NCBI GenBank assembly: GCA_003056265.1
Contig: NBVN01000004.1
Coordinates: forward strand, 412,037-444,036
Reading direction: 5' to 3'
Source of the DNA: Zestosphaera tikiterensis
Lineage (GTDB): Archaea; Thermoproteota; Thermoprotei_A; Sulfolobales; NBVN01
Length of the DNA stretch: 32,000 nt
Below the pieces are notes generated by a model. The model was not told where the DNA came from. It worked only from the letters and a program-made list of their open reading frames with translations, and did not search any database. Positions within the stretch are counted from its first letter, which is position 1. Every line of letters begins with the position of its first letter. Shown here in pieces: positions 7,182 to 16,397 of the stretch. A program made the position numbers and the translations under genes.

Positions 7182-8168
7182 ATGTCAAGAGTTGTTTATA
7201 CGTTTAAACCTAATAAAGCAGCGTTCGACGTCTTAAGTAAAGAGGGTATAGACTACACGTACTTCGACGGAAATCAACCGGATATCGAATGGTTGGCTAA
7301 GAACTTAAAAGAAGCTGAGGTTGTTGTTGTGCCTCCATGGCAGTTCTTCACAGCAGAGCACTTCAACTTAGCGCCGAAGCTTAAGTTGTTGTTTGTAGGT
7401 GGTTCAGGCCTAGATAAAATAGATTTAAATGAAGCAAGTAAGCGCGGCGTCTGCGTTGCTAACGCTCCGGATGCCATAGCTAAAGCCGTAGCGGAGCATG
7501 CGTTAGCTTTAACCCTAGCGGTGCTTAGGAACGTAGTTAGAGGTGATAGGATAGTTAGGTCTGGTGGTTGGGGTAGCGATACTCAAAGGTTGTTACTAGC
7601 TACTTCCATAGCCGGTAAGCGAGTGGGGATTATCGGTTTAGGTAGGGTGGGTGCTGAGGTAGCTAAGCTGTTTAAAGCTTTAAATGCTGAGGTGGTTTAC
7701 TGGAGTAGAGCCAGGAAGACTGAAGTTGAGCATGCTCTAGACATTAAATACGTAACTCTAGACGAGTTACTTACGTCTTCAGATGTAATAATCGTGTCTA
7801 TAGCCTTAACCAACGAGACTAAAGGATTGATAAGTCACAGGGAATTCTCGTTGATGAAGCCCGGCGCTATAGTGATTAACGTATCTAGAGGAGCTGTAAT
7901 AGATGAGGAAGCCTTGATTAAAGCTTTAAGTGAGGGTAGGGTGAGGGCAGGTCTTGACGTATATGTTAAAGAACCCCTACCTAAAGATTCGGAACTCACT
8001 AGGTTTGATAATGTTGTATTAACGCCTCACATAGCTGGGTTTACTTTAGAGGCTTTACGAGATACGGCGATCTTCGTCGCTACTGAAATAGTAAACTTCC
8101 TAACTAGGAAATCCCTACCATACACAGTAGTTAATAGGGATTCGTGCGTAGAGGAAAAACCCCGTTAA
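7182..8168 (+). CDS. D-isomer-specific 2-hydroxyacid dehydrogenase (NAD-binding)
   Basis: 328 aa. GIIGLGRVGAEVAK (GxGxxG), NVSRGAVID, and the TPHIAGFT catalytic His context. Confidence 0.85.
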   Translation: MSRVVYTFKPNKAAFDVLSKEGIDYTYFDGNQPDIEWLAKNLKEAEVVVVPPWQFFTAEHFNLAPKLKLLFVGGSGLDKIDLNEASKRGVCVANAPDAIAKAVAEHALALTLAVLRNVVRGDRIVRSGGWGSDTQRLLLATSIAGKRVGIIGLGRVGAEVAKLFKALNAEVVYWSRARKTEVEHALDIKYVTLDELLTSSDVIIVSIALTNETKGLISHREFSLMKPGAIVINVSRGAVIDEEALIKALSEGRVRAGLDVYVKEPLPKDSELTRFDNVVLTPHIAGFTLEALRDTAIFVATEIVNFLTRKSLPYTVVNRDSCVEEKPR

Positions 8169-8228
8169 GTAATTTAAGAGGTGTGAATGTTTTTTAACCT
8201 CGTTTAAATTTGAACCTCTCTTAAGTTT

Positions 8229-8855
8229 TTAAGTTAAGGTTATGTATATGCCTACAGACAGTAACAACATAGCTATCCACTCTATAGGCGATGCCCTAAA
8301 TATTTTAAAGCCGTCTAAAGGAGGTATAGGTAGTAAGTTAAATAATGCTATCCAAGAATTAACTGTAGCTACGTAATAAAGCGTTAAGTAAGGTATGCCC
8401 GTTAAGATACTCGCTTTTAAAATAACCCAAGCGATTATAGCTAGGACTATATTAGATAGGGGGCCTGCCTCAGCAATTCTGAGTTCGGCTTTCAAATCTC
8501 TAAATCCGTAGTAACCGTAGACTATTACAGCTCCTGGGGCTGCGAAGACTAAAGGTCTGCCTAACCTGCTCGTGATGAGCGCTATAGCTAATGCTATAGC
8601 TAGTCCTAAATACCATGCTCTATACCTAGCTATTAAACCGTACCTCCTAGCTACCTCTCTATGGGCTACTTCATGAACTACGAAGGCTGTTCCCACAGCT
8701 ACCGCCGAGTAGAGTAGGGCCGTAAGCTCCTGCCTCGTCATTAAGCTATCTATCGAGAATACAACACTCAACACAAGCCAGGATATAATTAAGTCGATAG
8801 TTTCATTTCTAAAACCTACCCTCACGTAACGTCCATACCACATATTCAGCATCAC
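8229..8855 (-). CDS. M50 family (site-2 protease-like) membrane metalloprotease
   Basis: 208 aa, multi-TM. HEVAH (HExxH) within a TM segment and NLLPIPPLDG (NxxPxxxLDG). Confidence 0.8.
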   Translation of the reverse strand: MMLNMWYGRYVRVGFRNETIDLIISWLVLSVVFSIDSLMTRQELTALLYSAVAVGTAFVVHEVAHREVARRYGLIARYRAWYLGLAIALAIALITSRLGRPLVFAAPGAVIVYGYYGFRDLKAELRIAEAGPLSNIVLAIIAWVILKASILTGIPYLTLYYVATVNSWIALFNLLPIPPLDGFKIFRASPIEWIAMLLLSVGIYITLT

Positions 8856-8921
8856 CTTACTTAATTTAAAATTAACTTCTAAGTTTTTAAGGTAGGACGG
8901 CTCTACATTATGGAGTAGTTG

Positions 8922-9350
8922 ATGGGTAGGTACGGTTTACTTACGGAGAAGCAGTATTTAATACTTAAGCTGAGGTTGGAGGGGAAAACCCAGAAGGAAA
9001 TAGCTGAGTTGATAGGGACGTCTAGAGAGAACGTATCCATAATAGAGAAGCGAGCCTTAAGGAAGGTTAAGCTTGCTGAGGAAACGCTTAAGGCTTATAG
9101 AGAACTTACCTGCGTATCTAAGTTTTCCATACCTTCAGGAACGCACTTAGCTAAAATACCTTCGATTGTAATAGACGCTGCGTCTAAAGCTGGCGTCAAG
9201 TTAAGAGGTAACTACGCCTTAATATATGAAAGCATTAGATTTAACGCTAGGGATTGCGTTGAAGGCACTGTTTTAGTGAAGCCCGTTGAAGTTCGGATAT
9301 TTAGAGACGGGTCTTTTGAGATAAATTCTCTACAAAAAACTGAGGAATAA
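8922..9350 (+). CDS. tfx: Tfx-family DNA-binding transcription regulator
   Basis: N-terminal LTEKQYLILKLRLEGKTQKEIAELIGTSRENVSIIEKRALRKV (LuxR/sigma-70 region 4-like HTH) plus a C-terminal domain, colinear with the remembered Methanobacterium Tfx. ATG at 8922; the TTG at 8919 is also possible. Confidence 0.8.
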   Translation: MGRYGLLTEKQYLILKLRLEGKTQKEIAELIGTSRENVSIIEKRALRKVKLAEETLKAYRELTCVSKFSIPSGTHLAKIPSIVIDAASKAGVKLRGNYALIYESIRFNARDCVEGTVLVKPVEVRIFRDGSFEINSLQKTEE

Positions 9351-9403
9351 GACGTTAAAACTTGAAACTAGGTTTTTAAAGTGTGGATAAGGAGGTGGTT
9401 AGA

Positions 9404-10330
9404 ATGCTTCAAAACTGTGTTTTAGTGGGTGGTGTTAACATAAGGTTTGAAGGGGAACTTCAGGACGGATTCCTACAAGGTTTTCAACATACGTTTTCAC
9501 GTAGGTACCTACCTGAGCCGATCTTAAATGAAGGGTGTTTGAGCGGGTATAACTCCATTGTTGAGAGGTATAGGGGTATTGAGTTTAAGGTTTTAGAATC
9601 TAAGTATGACGTGGATGGAGTATTAGACTACTTTAAGGTTGTCTCGGATATTCCGCAACCTTATTTAAATGAGTCGCCTGTTTTCTTTCTGCTTCAGGTT
9701 GCTGCCCGTGGAGGTGCTAAAATAGGTAGGTTCTTTCTTACAGATTCTGTAGCTGTTGTAGATTCTAATGGTGAGGCAATACTCTTTCTTGGATATCCAC
9801 ATACCGGCAAGAGCACTATAGCGCTTATGGCTTATTCCAAAGGCTTCGAGGTTTTAAGTACAGAAAACACCGTAGTTGAGTTACGTGAGGGTAAGTTACA
9901 CGTGGTTGGAGGTACTAAAGTACTGGTATACGATCCTTGGGTTGCTAGGGTATATAACATTAAAGAAACCTTCAGTGAAGAAACCAAGCATGGATATAGG
10001 GTTGTAGACCTAGCTAAAGCAACTAGTAAAGCAGTGGATGCGGAGGTACGTAGTATAGCCGTACTACACTCAGCAGTAGGATGTGGCAACGCTTCCTTAG
10101 TTCCAGTTAAGGGTAGAAAAATAACTAAGATTTTATGGTACTTCACAACCGCCTTAATTAAAGGTGTGGATTTCTACGAACCAAACCCCCTAGACATGCC
10201 GTTCTCAACTAATATAGAAGCTAACCTAAGAACATTCTTAAGCTACATAGTTAAGAATTACGAAGGGAAGATCTTTGAAGTGTTCGGCAATCACAACTCG
10301 ATATTTAATGAGTTCTTCTTTAAGAAGTGA
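9404..10330 (+). CDS. HprK-like P-loop protein (putative kinase), function unknown
   Basis: The Walker A context AILFLGYPHTGKSTIALMAYSKGFEVLSTENTVVE resembles the HPr-kinase C-terminal domain family. The ATG at 9404 is preceded by GGAGGTG (9391..9397) at 6-nt spacing. The ORF track starts at GTG 9383. Confidence 0.4.
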   Translation: MLQNCVLVGGVNIRFEGELQDGFLQGFQHTFSRRYLPEPILNEGCLSGYNSIVERYRGIEFKVLESKYDVDGVLDYFKVVSDIPQPYLNESPVFFLLQVAARGGAKIGRFFLTDSVAVVDSNGEAILFLGYPHTGKSTIALMAYSKGFEVLSTENTVVELREGKLHVVGGTKVLVYDPWVARVYNIKETFSEETKHGYRVVDLAKATSKAVDAEVRSIAVLHSAVGCGNASLVPVKGRKITKILWYFTTALIKGVDFYEPNPLDMPFSTNIEANLRTFLSYIVKNYEGKIFEVFGNHNSIFNEFFFKK

Positions 10331-10494
10331 TAGCATTTTAGACATAAAGCGCTCCTACAACATTTTCGGCGATGAAGCTTCAAAACCATCTCTAACTCTT
10401 TAGGCCTAGAGTTTAAAACGTTTAAAGGAATCGAATTTATAAATACATTAATTTTTACTTGCGATGATTCTAGGGATGATTAATAAAAATTATT

Positions 10495-10526
10495 GAAAGT
10501 TAGAAAGCTGGAAAGTAGTAAAGCTT
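10495..10526 (+). repeat. Four tandem 8-bp units GAAAGTTA GAAAGCTG GAAAGTAG TAAAGCTT running into the TATA box of the DASS transporter gene
   Basis: Read directly from the sequence. The last unit overlaps AAGCTTATAAT (TATA-like), about 55 bp upstream of ATG 10586. Confidence 0.7.
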
Positions 10527-10585
10527 ATAATCCCTAGGCTCCATAATATTATGAGGTAAATATCATAAAGAGCAGGTGCTAACCT

Positions 10586-12094
10586 ATGGCAGGAAAAACA
10601 GATTATACAAAAATTCTAGGTTTCATATTAGGTCCCCTGGTGTTTATAGCTTTAGCATCAACGCAACTTGTAGACCCAACTACAGGGCAGTTAGTGAATA
10701 AAGAGGCTCCGTGGGCACCCGGTGCTTCTCTAGGGTTGATGCTATGGACTATAATCTGGTGGGTTACGGGAGTCTTACCCTATGGTGTAACAGGACTTAT
10801 GGTAGCTATAGTGGCGTGTGCCTTAATTGGCTTGAATCCTAAGGCGTTCGGCTATACTAGTGCGAGTAGCGGAGTTTCAGCCGTATTGCAGACGTACTTT
10901 AGCGAGACAATCTGGGTCTTCTTCGGCGGTTTCCTTCTCGGTTGGGGGATGGAGTATTCGGGTTTTGCGAAAAGACTTACTAGGAAAATTGTGGGAGGCT
11001 TTACTAAGATATCAAAGGACGCCTTTTGGACGGTCTTTGCTATGTGGTTTGTGACATGGTTTATATCGTGGTGGATGTCAAATACAGCAGCCACAGCCGT
11101 CGTATACCCACTCCTCATAGGACTTATAGTGGCGTCTCCATGGATCAACGAAAAACAAGCTGAAATATCATTAATATTCTTAGCGTTTGCGGCGTCGTTC
11201 GGCGGTGTGGCTACGATAATAGGGACTCCGCCGAATTTAATAGCAGCAGGTTTCGTAGAAAGCCAGAAAATTGGTCACGTGGGATTCATGGATTGGTTGA
11301 CCTGGGGTGTACCACTAGCGGTTATTAGCTTCGCTGTAATGGCTGTCATAGGCAAGATCGTCTTCGGCAAAAGCACCTTAGACCCTAAGGTTCTTGAGGA
11401 GCAGTGGAAGCGGGAACCCCTTGGGAAAATGACCTTAGAGGAGAAGTGGTTCCTCGTCGTATTCGTAACGACAGTGTTTTTATGGATCTTCAAAGGGGTT
11501 GCGGACATCGTAGGTTGGAGTATCGTTTCACAGTTAATACCTAGTGATGCGATACCAGCACTAGTGTGTGCGGTATTACTGTTTGGTGCTCCGAAATCCC
11601 TTAAGCCATATAAGCACATCTTCAGCTTTAAGGAGGGAATAAAAGGAGTAGAATGGGATACACTCTTCCTATTCGCTGGCGGGCTAGTCTTTGGCTCACT
11701 CCTATTCAAATCAGGGGCTGGGTTATGGTTAGGTAAACAACTTACTCCTCTCTTTGGAACAGGAGTTACTGGGATAGCGCTAGGATCCTCAGTTACCGGC
11801 TGGGTTATTGCGCAGTTTACATCGCATACAGCAGCATCTAACGCGATATGCCCGATAGTAATTGCGTTAGGTCAAGCGGCAAAACTACCGAACAGCGCGA
11901 TTGCCGCATCTACTATAGCAGCGGCTATCGCAACCTCGTTTGCCATTATGTTCCCATTCTCAACACCTCCAAACGCGATAGTATACGGTTCAGGAAAGGT
12001 TAGAATGTCTAGGATGGCGTTATACAGCGTAATCGTATCGGCTGTCGTAATGCCTATAATGTTCGTGTTGCTACGAATGTTCTTCGGTTTTTAA
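10586..12094 (+). CDS. DASS/SLC13-family anion (di/tricarboxylate or sulfate) symporter
   Basis: 502 aa, polytopic. Hairpin-tip motifs SNTAATAVVYP and SHTAASNA, each followed by GTPPN / STPPN. Confidence 0.85.
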   Translation: MAGKTDYTKILGFILGPLVFIALASTQLVDPTTGQLVNKEAPWAPGASLGLMLWTIIWWVTGVLPYGVTGLMVAIVACALIGLNPKAFGYTSASSGVSAVLQTYFSETIWVFFGGFLLGWGMEYSGFAKRLTRKIVGGFTKISKDAFWTVFAMWFVTWFISWWMSNTAATAVVYPLLIGLIVASPWINEKQAEISLIFLAFAASFGGVATIIGTPPNLIAAGFVESQKIGHVGFMDWLTWGVPLAVISFAVMAVIGKIVFGKSTLDPKVLEEQWKREPLGKMTLEEKWFLVVFVTTVFLWIFKGVADIVGWSIVSQLIPSDAIPALVCAVLLFGAPKSLKPYKHIFSFKEGIKGVEWDTLFLFAGGLVFGSLLFKSGAGLWLGKQLTPLFGTGVTGIALGSSVTGWVIAQFTSHTAASNAICPIVIALGQAAKLPNSAIAASTIAAAIATSFAIMFPFSTPPNAIVYGSGKVRMSRMALYSVIVSAVVMPIMFVLLRMFFGF

Positions 12095-12162
12095 GCCTTA
12101 AACTTTTTTCAATATTAAATTTAAAATTATCTATTATTAAATTATTTAGTGGTGTTAATAAA

Positions 12163-13491
12163 GTGTCTAGTAGTAGGGATTGGTTTGAAATTTCTGAGAG
12201 ATTACATCGTAAGTATGCGGGTAAGATTGAAGTAGTTCCTAAGGTTCCTGTAACTGGGCTTGACGATTTCTCTATATGGTATACTCCAGGCGTTGCGGAG
12301 CCATGTAGGAGGATTCGTAAGGGGTTGGATGAGGGTGTTGATAAATCCTTTGAATATACTTTAAGGTGGAATTACGCTGCTGTAGTAAGTGACGGAACTA
12401 GGGTTTTAGGCTTAGGTAATATAGGTCCTGAAGCAGGCTTGCCTGTTATGGAGGGCAAGTCACTTCTTTTTAAGTTTCTCGGTGGTGTTGACGCTGTTCC
12501 TATAGTTTTACGTGAGAAAGACCCGGAGAAATTCATATACATAGTGAAGGCTTTAGAGCCGAGCTTCGGAGCTATAAACTTAGAAGATATAGAAAGCCCT
12601 AAGTGTTTCTACATTCTTGAGAAGCTTCAGGAGATTTTAGAAATACCTGTATGGCATGACGATCAGCAGGGGACGGCGTTAGTTAACATTGCCGGCCTTA
12701 TAAACGCTCTTAAAGTAGTTGGTAAGAAGATAGATCAGGTTAAGATAGCTTTAATAGGTGCTGGGGCAGCAAACATAGCGTTATATAGGTATTTAAAGGT
12801 AAGCGGCGCTAACCCGAAGAACATAATATCGGTTGACTCGAAAGGTATTTTACACCCAGAGAGGGGGGATATTGAAGAGTTGAGGAGGAGTAACCCATGG
12901 AAGTATCAAATAGCTGTTGAGAGCAACGGCGAGGGTGTTAAGGGGGGTATACGTGAAGCTATGAAAGGAGCGGATGTAGTTATAGCTGCTTCGAAACCAG
13001 GCCCGGGAGTCATTAAGAAGGAGTGGGTTCAAGAAATGAATAAAGACGCTATAGTGTTTGCCGAAGCTAACCCAATACCTGAGATATGGCCTTGGGAAGC
13101 TAAGGAAGCGGGTGCTAGGGTAGTAGCTACGGGTAGGTCAGACTTCCCCAACCAAATAAACAACAGCTTAGGATTCCCAGCGGTGTTTAGAGGTGTTTTA
13201 ACAGCAAGAGCTAAGAAAATGAGCGATGAGATGTTCTTAGCAGCGGCACACGCTTTAGCAAAACACGCTGAAAGTAAAGGCATACATGAAGAGTATATAA
13301 TACCGTCGATGGATGATTTAGAAGCTTACGTCGTTGAAGCGATCGCAGTGGCTGAGAAAGCTATGGAGTTAGGCCTCGCCAGGAGGACGTTGAGCAGGAG
13401 TGAGCTTGAAGCTGAAGTTAGGGAGCTTATATCAAGGCCTAGGAAATACATGGAGGTAGCACTTAAGGAGGGGCTTATAAAACCTTTTTAA
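12163..13491 (+). CDS. NAD(P)-dependent malic enzyme (short prokaryotic form)
   Basis: 442 aa with a GTG start. GLGNIGPEAGLPVMEGKSLLFKFLGG, EDIESPKCF, and the GAGAANIAL dinucleotide fold. Confidence 0.9.
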   Translation: MSSSRDWFEISERLHRKYAGKIEVVPKVPVTGLDDFSIWYTPGVAEPCRRIRKGLDEGVDKSFEYTLRWNYAAVVSDGTRVLGLGNIGPEAGLPVMEGKSLLFKFLGGVDAVPIVLREKDPEKFIYIVKALEPSFGAINLEDIESPKCFYILEKLQEILEIPVWHDDQQGTALVNIAGLINALKVVGKKIDQVKIALIGAGAANIALYRYLKVSGANPKNIISVDSKGILHPERGDIEELRRSNPWKYQIAVESNGEGVKGGIREAMKGADVVIAASKPGPGVIKKEWVQEMNKDAIVFAEANPIPEIWPWEAKEAGARVVATGRSDFPNQINNSLGFPAVFRGVLTARAKKMSDEMFLAAAHALAKHAESKGIHEEYIIPSMDDLEAYVVEAIAVAEKAMELGLARRTLSRSELEAEVRELISRPRKYMEVALKEGLIKPF

Positions 13492-13511
13492 CTGAGCTGA
13501 GGTAGTGTTTA

Positions 13512-14402
13512 ATGTCTTTAGACGACGTTAAGGAGAAGTTAATAAAGGTTTTCGAGTTGTTCATAGCTAAAGCTTCTTCTGAACTACCTGTAGATGTCGT
13601 TAACGCTTTAAATCAAGCGTATGAAGCCGAGACCTCACCATTCTCTAAGTCTTTCTATGAAGCATATTTCAAAAACTTAAATGAAGCGAAGGCATACCGC
13701 ATCCCGATATGTCAAGATACGGGGTCTTTAATGTTCTTTGTTAAAGCTGGTACTAAGTTCCCATATCTAAACTTAATAAACGAGGCGATCGTAGAAGCCA
13801 CTAGAAGAGCGACACGTAACATACCCTTAAGGCCTAACGCTGTCGACCCGTTCACACATGTGAATAGTGGAGATAATACAGGGTTGTATGTACCGTTTAT
13901 AGAGGTTGAGTTAGTGCCAAACGACGATAAACTTCAAGTGTATATATACCCGGCAGGCGGTGGGAGTAGCTTACCTGGTACGGCTAAGGTGTTCCCGCCT
14001 GGTCTGGGGTTGAAAGCCGTTAAGGAGTTAGTGGTTGAAACCATAGCTAAATACGGACCTAACGCATGTCCACCGTTAATCGTTGGGGTCGGTATAGCCG
14101 CTACAGCTGAAGTTGCTGCTTTATTAGCTAAGAAGGCTTTGCTAAGAACTATAGGTACGCGGCATCCAAACCCGGAAGCCGCTAAATTTGAGTTAGAGCT
14201 TAAGGAAATGTTGAATGAACTCAACATAGGTGCGCAGGGGGTGGGGGGTAAGACTTCGGTTCTGGAGGTTTTCGTTGAATACGCCTATAGACACCCAGCG
14301 AGTTTAGCCGCTGCTGTAGTGGTTGGGTGTTGGGTTCATAGAAGAGGTCTTTTAATAGTGTATCCAGACCTAACTTATGAGATGCCGCTTTATGCTAGGT
14401 GA
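13512..14402 (+). CDS. Class I (Fe-S) fumarate hydratase, alpha subunit (FumA N-terminal-domain type; a tartrate dehydratase alpha is the alternative)
   Basis: 296 aa. The PICQDTGSLMFFVKAG cluster-ligand motif and a GGGSS segment. It is followed 6 nt later by the beta subunit. Confidence 0.85.
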   Translation: MSLDDVKEKLIKVFELFIAKASSELPVDVVNALNQAYEAETSPFSKSFYEAYFKNLNEAKAYRIPICQDTGSLMFFVKAGTKFPYLNLINEAIVEATRRATRNIPLRPNAVDPFTHVNSGDNTGLYVPFIEVELVPNDDKLQVYIYPAGGGSSLPGTAKVFPPGLGLKAVKELVVETIAKYGPNACPPLIVGVGIAATAEVAALLAKKALLRTIGTRHPNPEAAKFELELKEMLNELNIGAQGVGGKTSVLEVFVEYAYRHPASLAAAVVVGCWVHRRGLLIVYPDLTYEMPLYAR

Positions 14403-14408
14403 TAAACC

Positions 14409-14999
14409 ATGAGTAAAGTATACTACCTTCAAACACCTATAAAGGATGAGGATATACAGACCGTCAACGTAGGGGATATAATCTACATCACGGGAGTTAT
14501 AGTAACCGGTAGGGACGCCGTCCATACAAGACTTCTGGAGGAGGGAAAACCACTCCCAATAGATTTAAGAGGTCTTGCTCTATACCATGCCGGGCCGGCG
14601 GTAAGGAAAGTAGGTAGTGAATGGGAAGTAGTCGCTATAGGACCTACGACGAGCATGAGGATGGAGAACTGGGAAGCGGAGTTCATTAAAAGAACCGGAG
14701 TTAAAGTCATCGTCGGGAAGGGTTTTATGGGGTCTCAAACAGCTGAAGCATGTAGAAACTATAAATGCTTGGTAACGATGTTTCCCGGCGGTTGCGGTGT
14801 TTTAGCGGCTAAGAGGGTAGAGAAGGTTCTTGACGTTCATTGGCTTGACTTAGGAGTGCCTGAAGCGCTGTGGGTTCTTAAAGTTAAGGAATTCGGTCCT
14901 TTACTCGTAACGATAGACACGTTAGGAAATAACATGTATTACGAAAGAAGTAGGGACATAGAGGAAAGGAAGAAGCTAGTGCTTTCGAAGATTAAGTAG
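14409..14999 (+). CDS. Class I fumarate hydratase, beta subunit
   Basis: 196 aa. GRDAVHTRL, GPTTSMRME and VIVGKG motifs are typical of the C-terminal catalytic domain. Confidence 0.85.
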   Translation: MSKVYYLQTPIKDEDIQTVNVGDIIYITGVIVTGRDAVHTRLLEEGKPLPIDLRGLALYHAGPAVRKVGSEWEVVAIGPTTSMRMENWEAEFIKRTGVKVIVGKGFMGSQTAEACRNYKCLVTMFPGGCGVLAAKRVEKVLDVHWLDLGVPEALWVLKVKEFGPLLVTIDTLGNNMYYERSRDIEERKKLVLSKIK

Positions 15000-15088
15000 A
15001 TCTCTATGTTTTGCGGCTTCTTAAATAAATATTTTATCTAACGATAAATCGAAACTCATCAGATAATGCTTATTATCTATTATGTGAT

Positions 15089-16378
15089 GTGATGTTTGTG
15101 GCTGAAGTGATTCCCCTGGAGTTAGTGAGTGTGTTTGTAGCTGTTGCCGTAATGTTTGCTTTGGTGAGGCTTAAAGTTGATTTAGGGCTAGCTTTAGTTG
15201 TTGAAGGACTTACCATAGTCCTTCTATCTAAGTATTACCTCCTACCCGACGTGGTTTTAAGTACTTTAAAAAGCGATAGGTCTCTATCGTTGATTTTAGC
15301 GGCGTTGTTCATATCAACTCTAGCAGAGCTTTACAGAGTTTCCGGTTTAATTAAAGTGTTTGGTGATGAGTTAGTGAAGTTTTTACGTAACCCCACGTTA
15401 GTCTTAGCGTTTATACCGGCTGTAATGGGTCTTATGCCTATAGCCGGCGGCGCTATATTATCAGCGCCGGTGGTTGAAGTGGTCGGTGGTAGTTTGGGTT
15501 TAAGCACTGCTTCCATGGCGTTTCTTAACGTATGGTTTAGACATACGATCTTCTTCGTATATCCTTTAAGTCAAAACTTAATGGCTGCGGCGGCCTTAAC
15601 TAACCACACATTAACTGAGCTGGCCGCATATCAACTCCCCCTTACTTTAGCGATGTTTCTTTTAGGGTATCTACACATAAGGTTTAGATCGGGTGGTACT
15701 AACTTACGGAATAGTAGTAATGGTAATATAGTCTTCAGCAAGCCTGACGTTAGGCAGTTACTCTTAAGTTCAGCACCTCTTTTAACCTCTATCGCTGTGG
15801 CTTTACTTATTAAACCGCTTCTAGATGTTTTTAAAGTTTACAGCGATTACAGCGTCCCTATAGGGGCTTTAGTCGGGGTTGTAGTAATCTTAGTCGTTAA
15901 TAATGGAGGAGGGTCTAGAACCCGTATGTTGGTTAAAGCATTGAAGGAAAGGAGGGTTGCTAGTATGGTTTTAGCGAGTTTCGGAGCTATGTTAACGTAC
16001 TACGCCATAGTTTTAACGGGTGTTCCGGAGGTTATCGCTTCTATAATTCAAGAAGTTAAGATACCGATGCTTGCTTTAGAGCTTGCTATACCTGGTTTGT
16101 TAAGCTTGATCTCAGGTTCTTCTCTAGTCGGCATTACCTCAAGCATACCCCTCCTAACTTTAGGTAGGTCCATATCAGTTAGTGAGGCTTCATTGATGTA
16201 CTTCTCAGCTTTCATGTTTTATATAGCTTCACCAGTACATCTATGCTTACTCTTTACTAATCAATACTTTAAAGAAAACCTCATGAGGACGTACAGGTAT
16301 TTAATACCTGCCACGGCAGTTATGACGGTTATTGCCGTAATTTACTTCGTCATTTCCTCCTCGTTTCTAGGGATTTAA
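15089..16378 (+). CDS. Polytopic membrane protein, transporter-like (family not assignable by eye; possibly DUF401-like)
   Basis: 429 aa with about 10-12 hydrophobic segments. It is the last gene of the dicarboxylate cluster. The start is GTG 15089 or ATG 15092. Confidence 0.6.
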   Translation: MMFVAEVIPLELVSVFVAVAVMFALVRLKVDLGLALVVEGLTIVLLSKYYLLPDVVLSTLKSDRSLSLILAALFISTLAELYRVSGLIKVFGDELVKFLRNPTLVLAFIPAVMGLMPIAGGAILSAPVVEVVGGSLGLSTASMAFLNVWFRHTIFFVYPLSQNLMAAAALTNHTLTELAAYQLPLTLAMFLLGYLHIRFRSGGTNLRNSSNGNIVFSKPDVRQLLLSSAPLLTSIAVALLIKPLLDVFKVYSDYSVPIGALVGVVVILVVNNGGGSRTRMLVKALKERRVASMVLASFGAMLTYYAIVLTGVPEVIASIIQEVKIPMLALELAIPGLLSLISGSSLVGITSSIPLLTLGRSISVSEASLMYFSAFMFYIASPVHLCLLFTNQYFKENLMRTYRYLIPATAVMTVIAVIYFVISSSFLGI

Positions 16379-16397
16379 TCTACGTTTAACAATTAAG

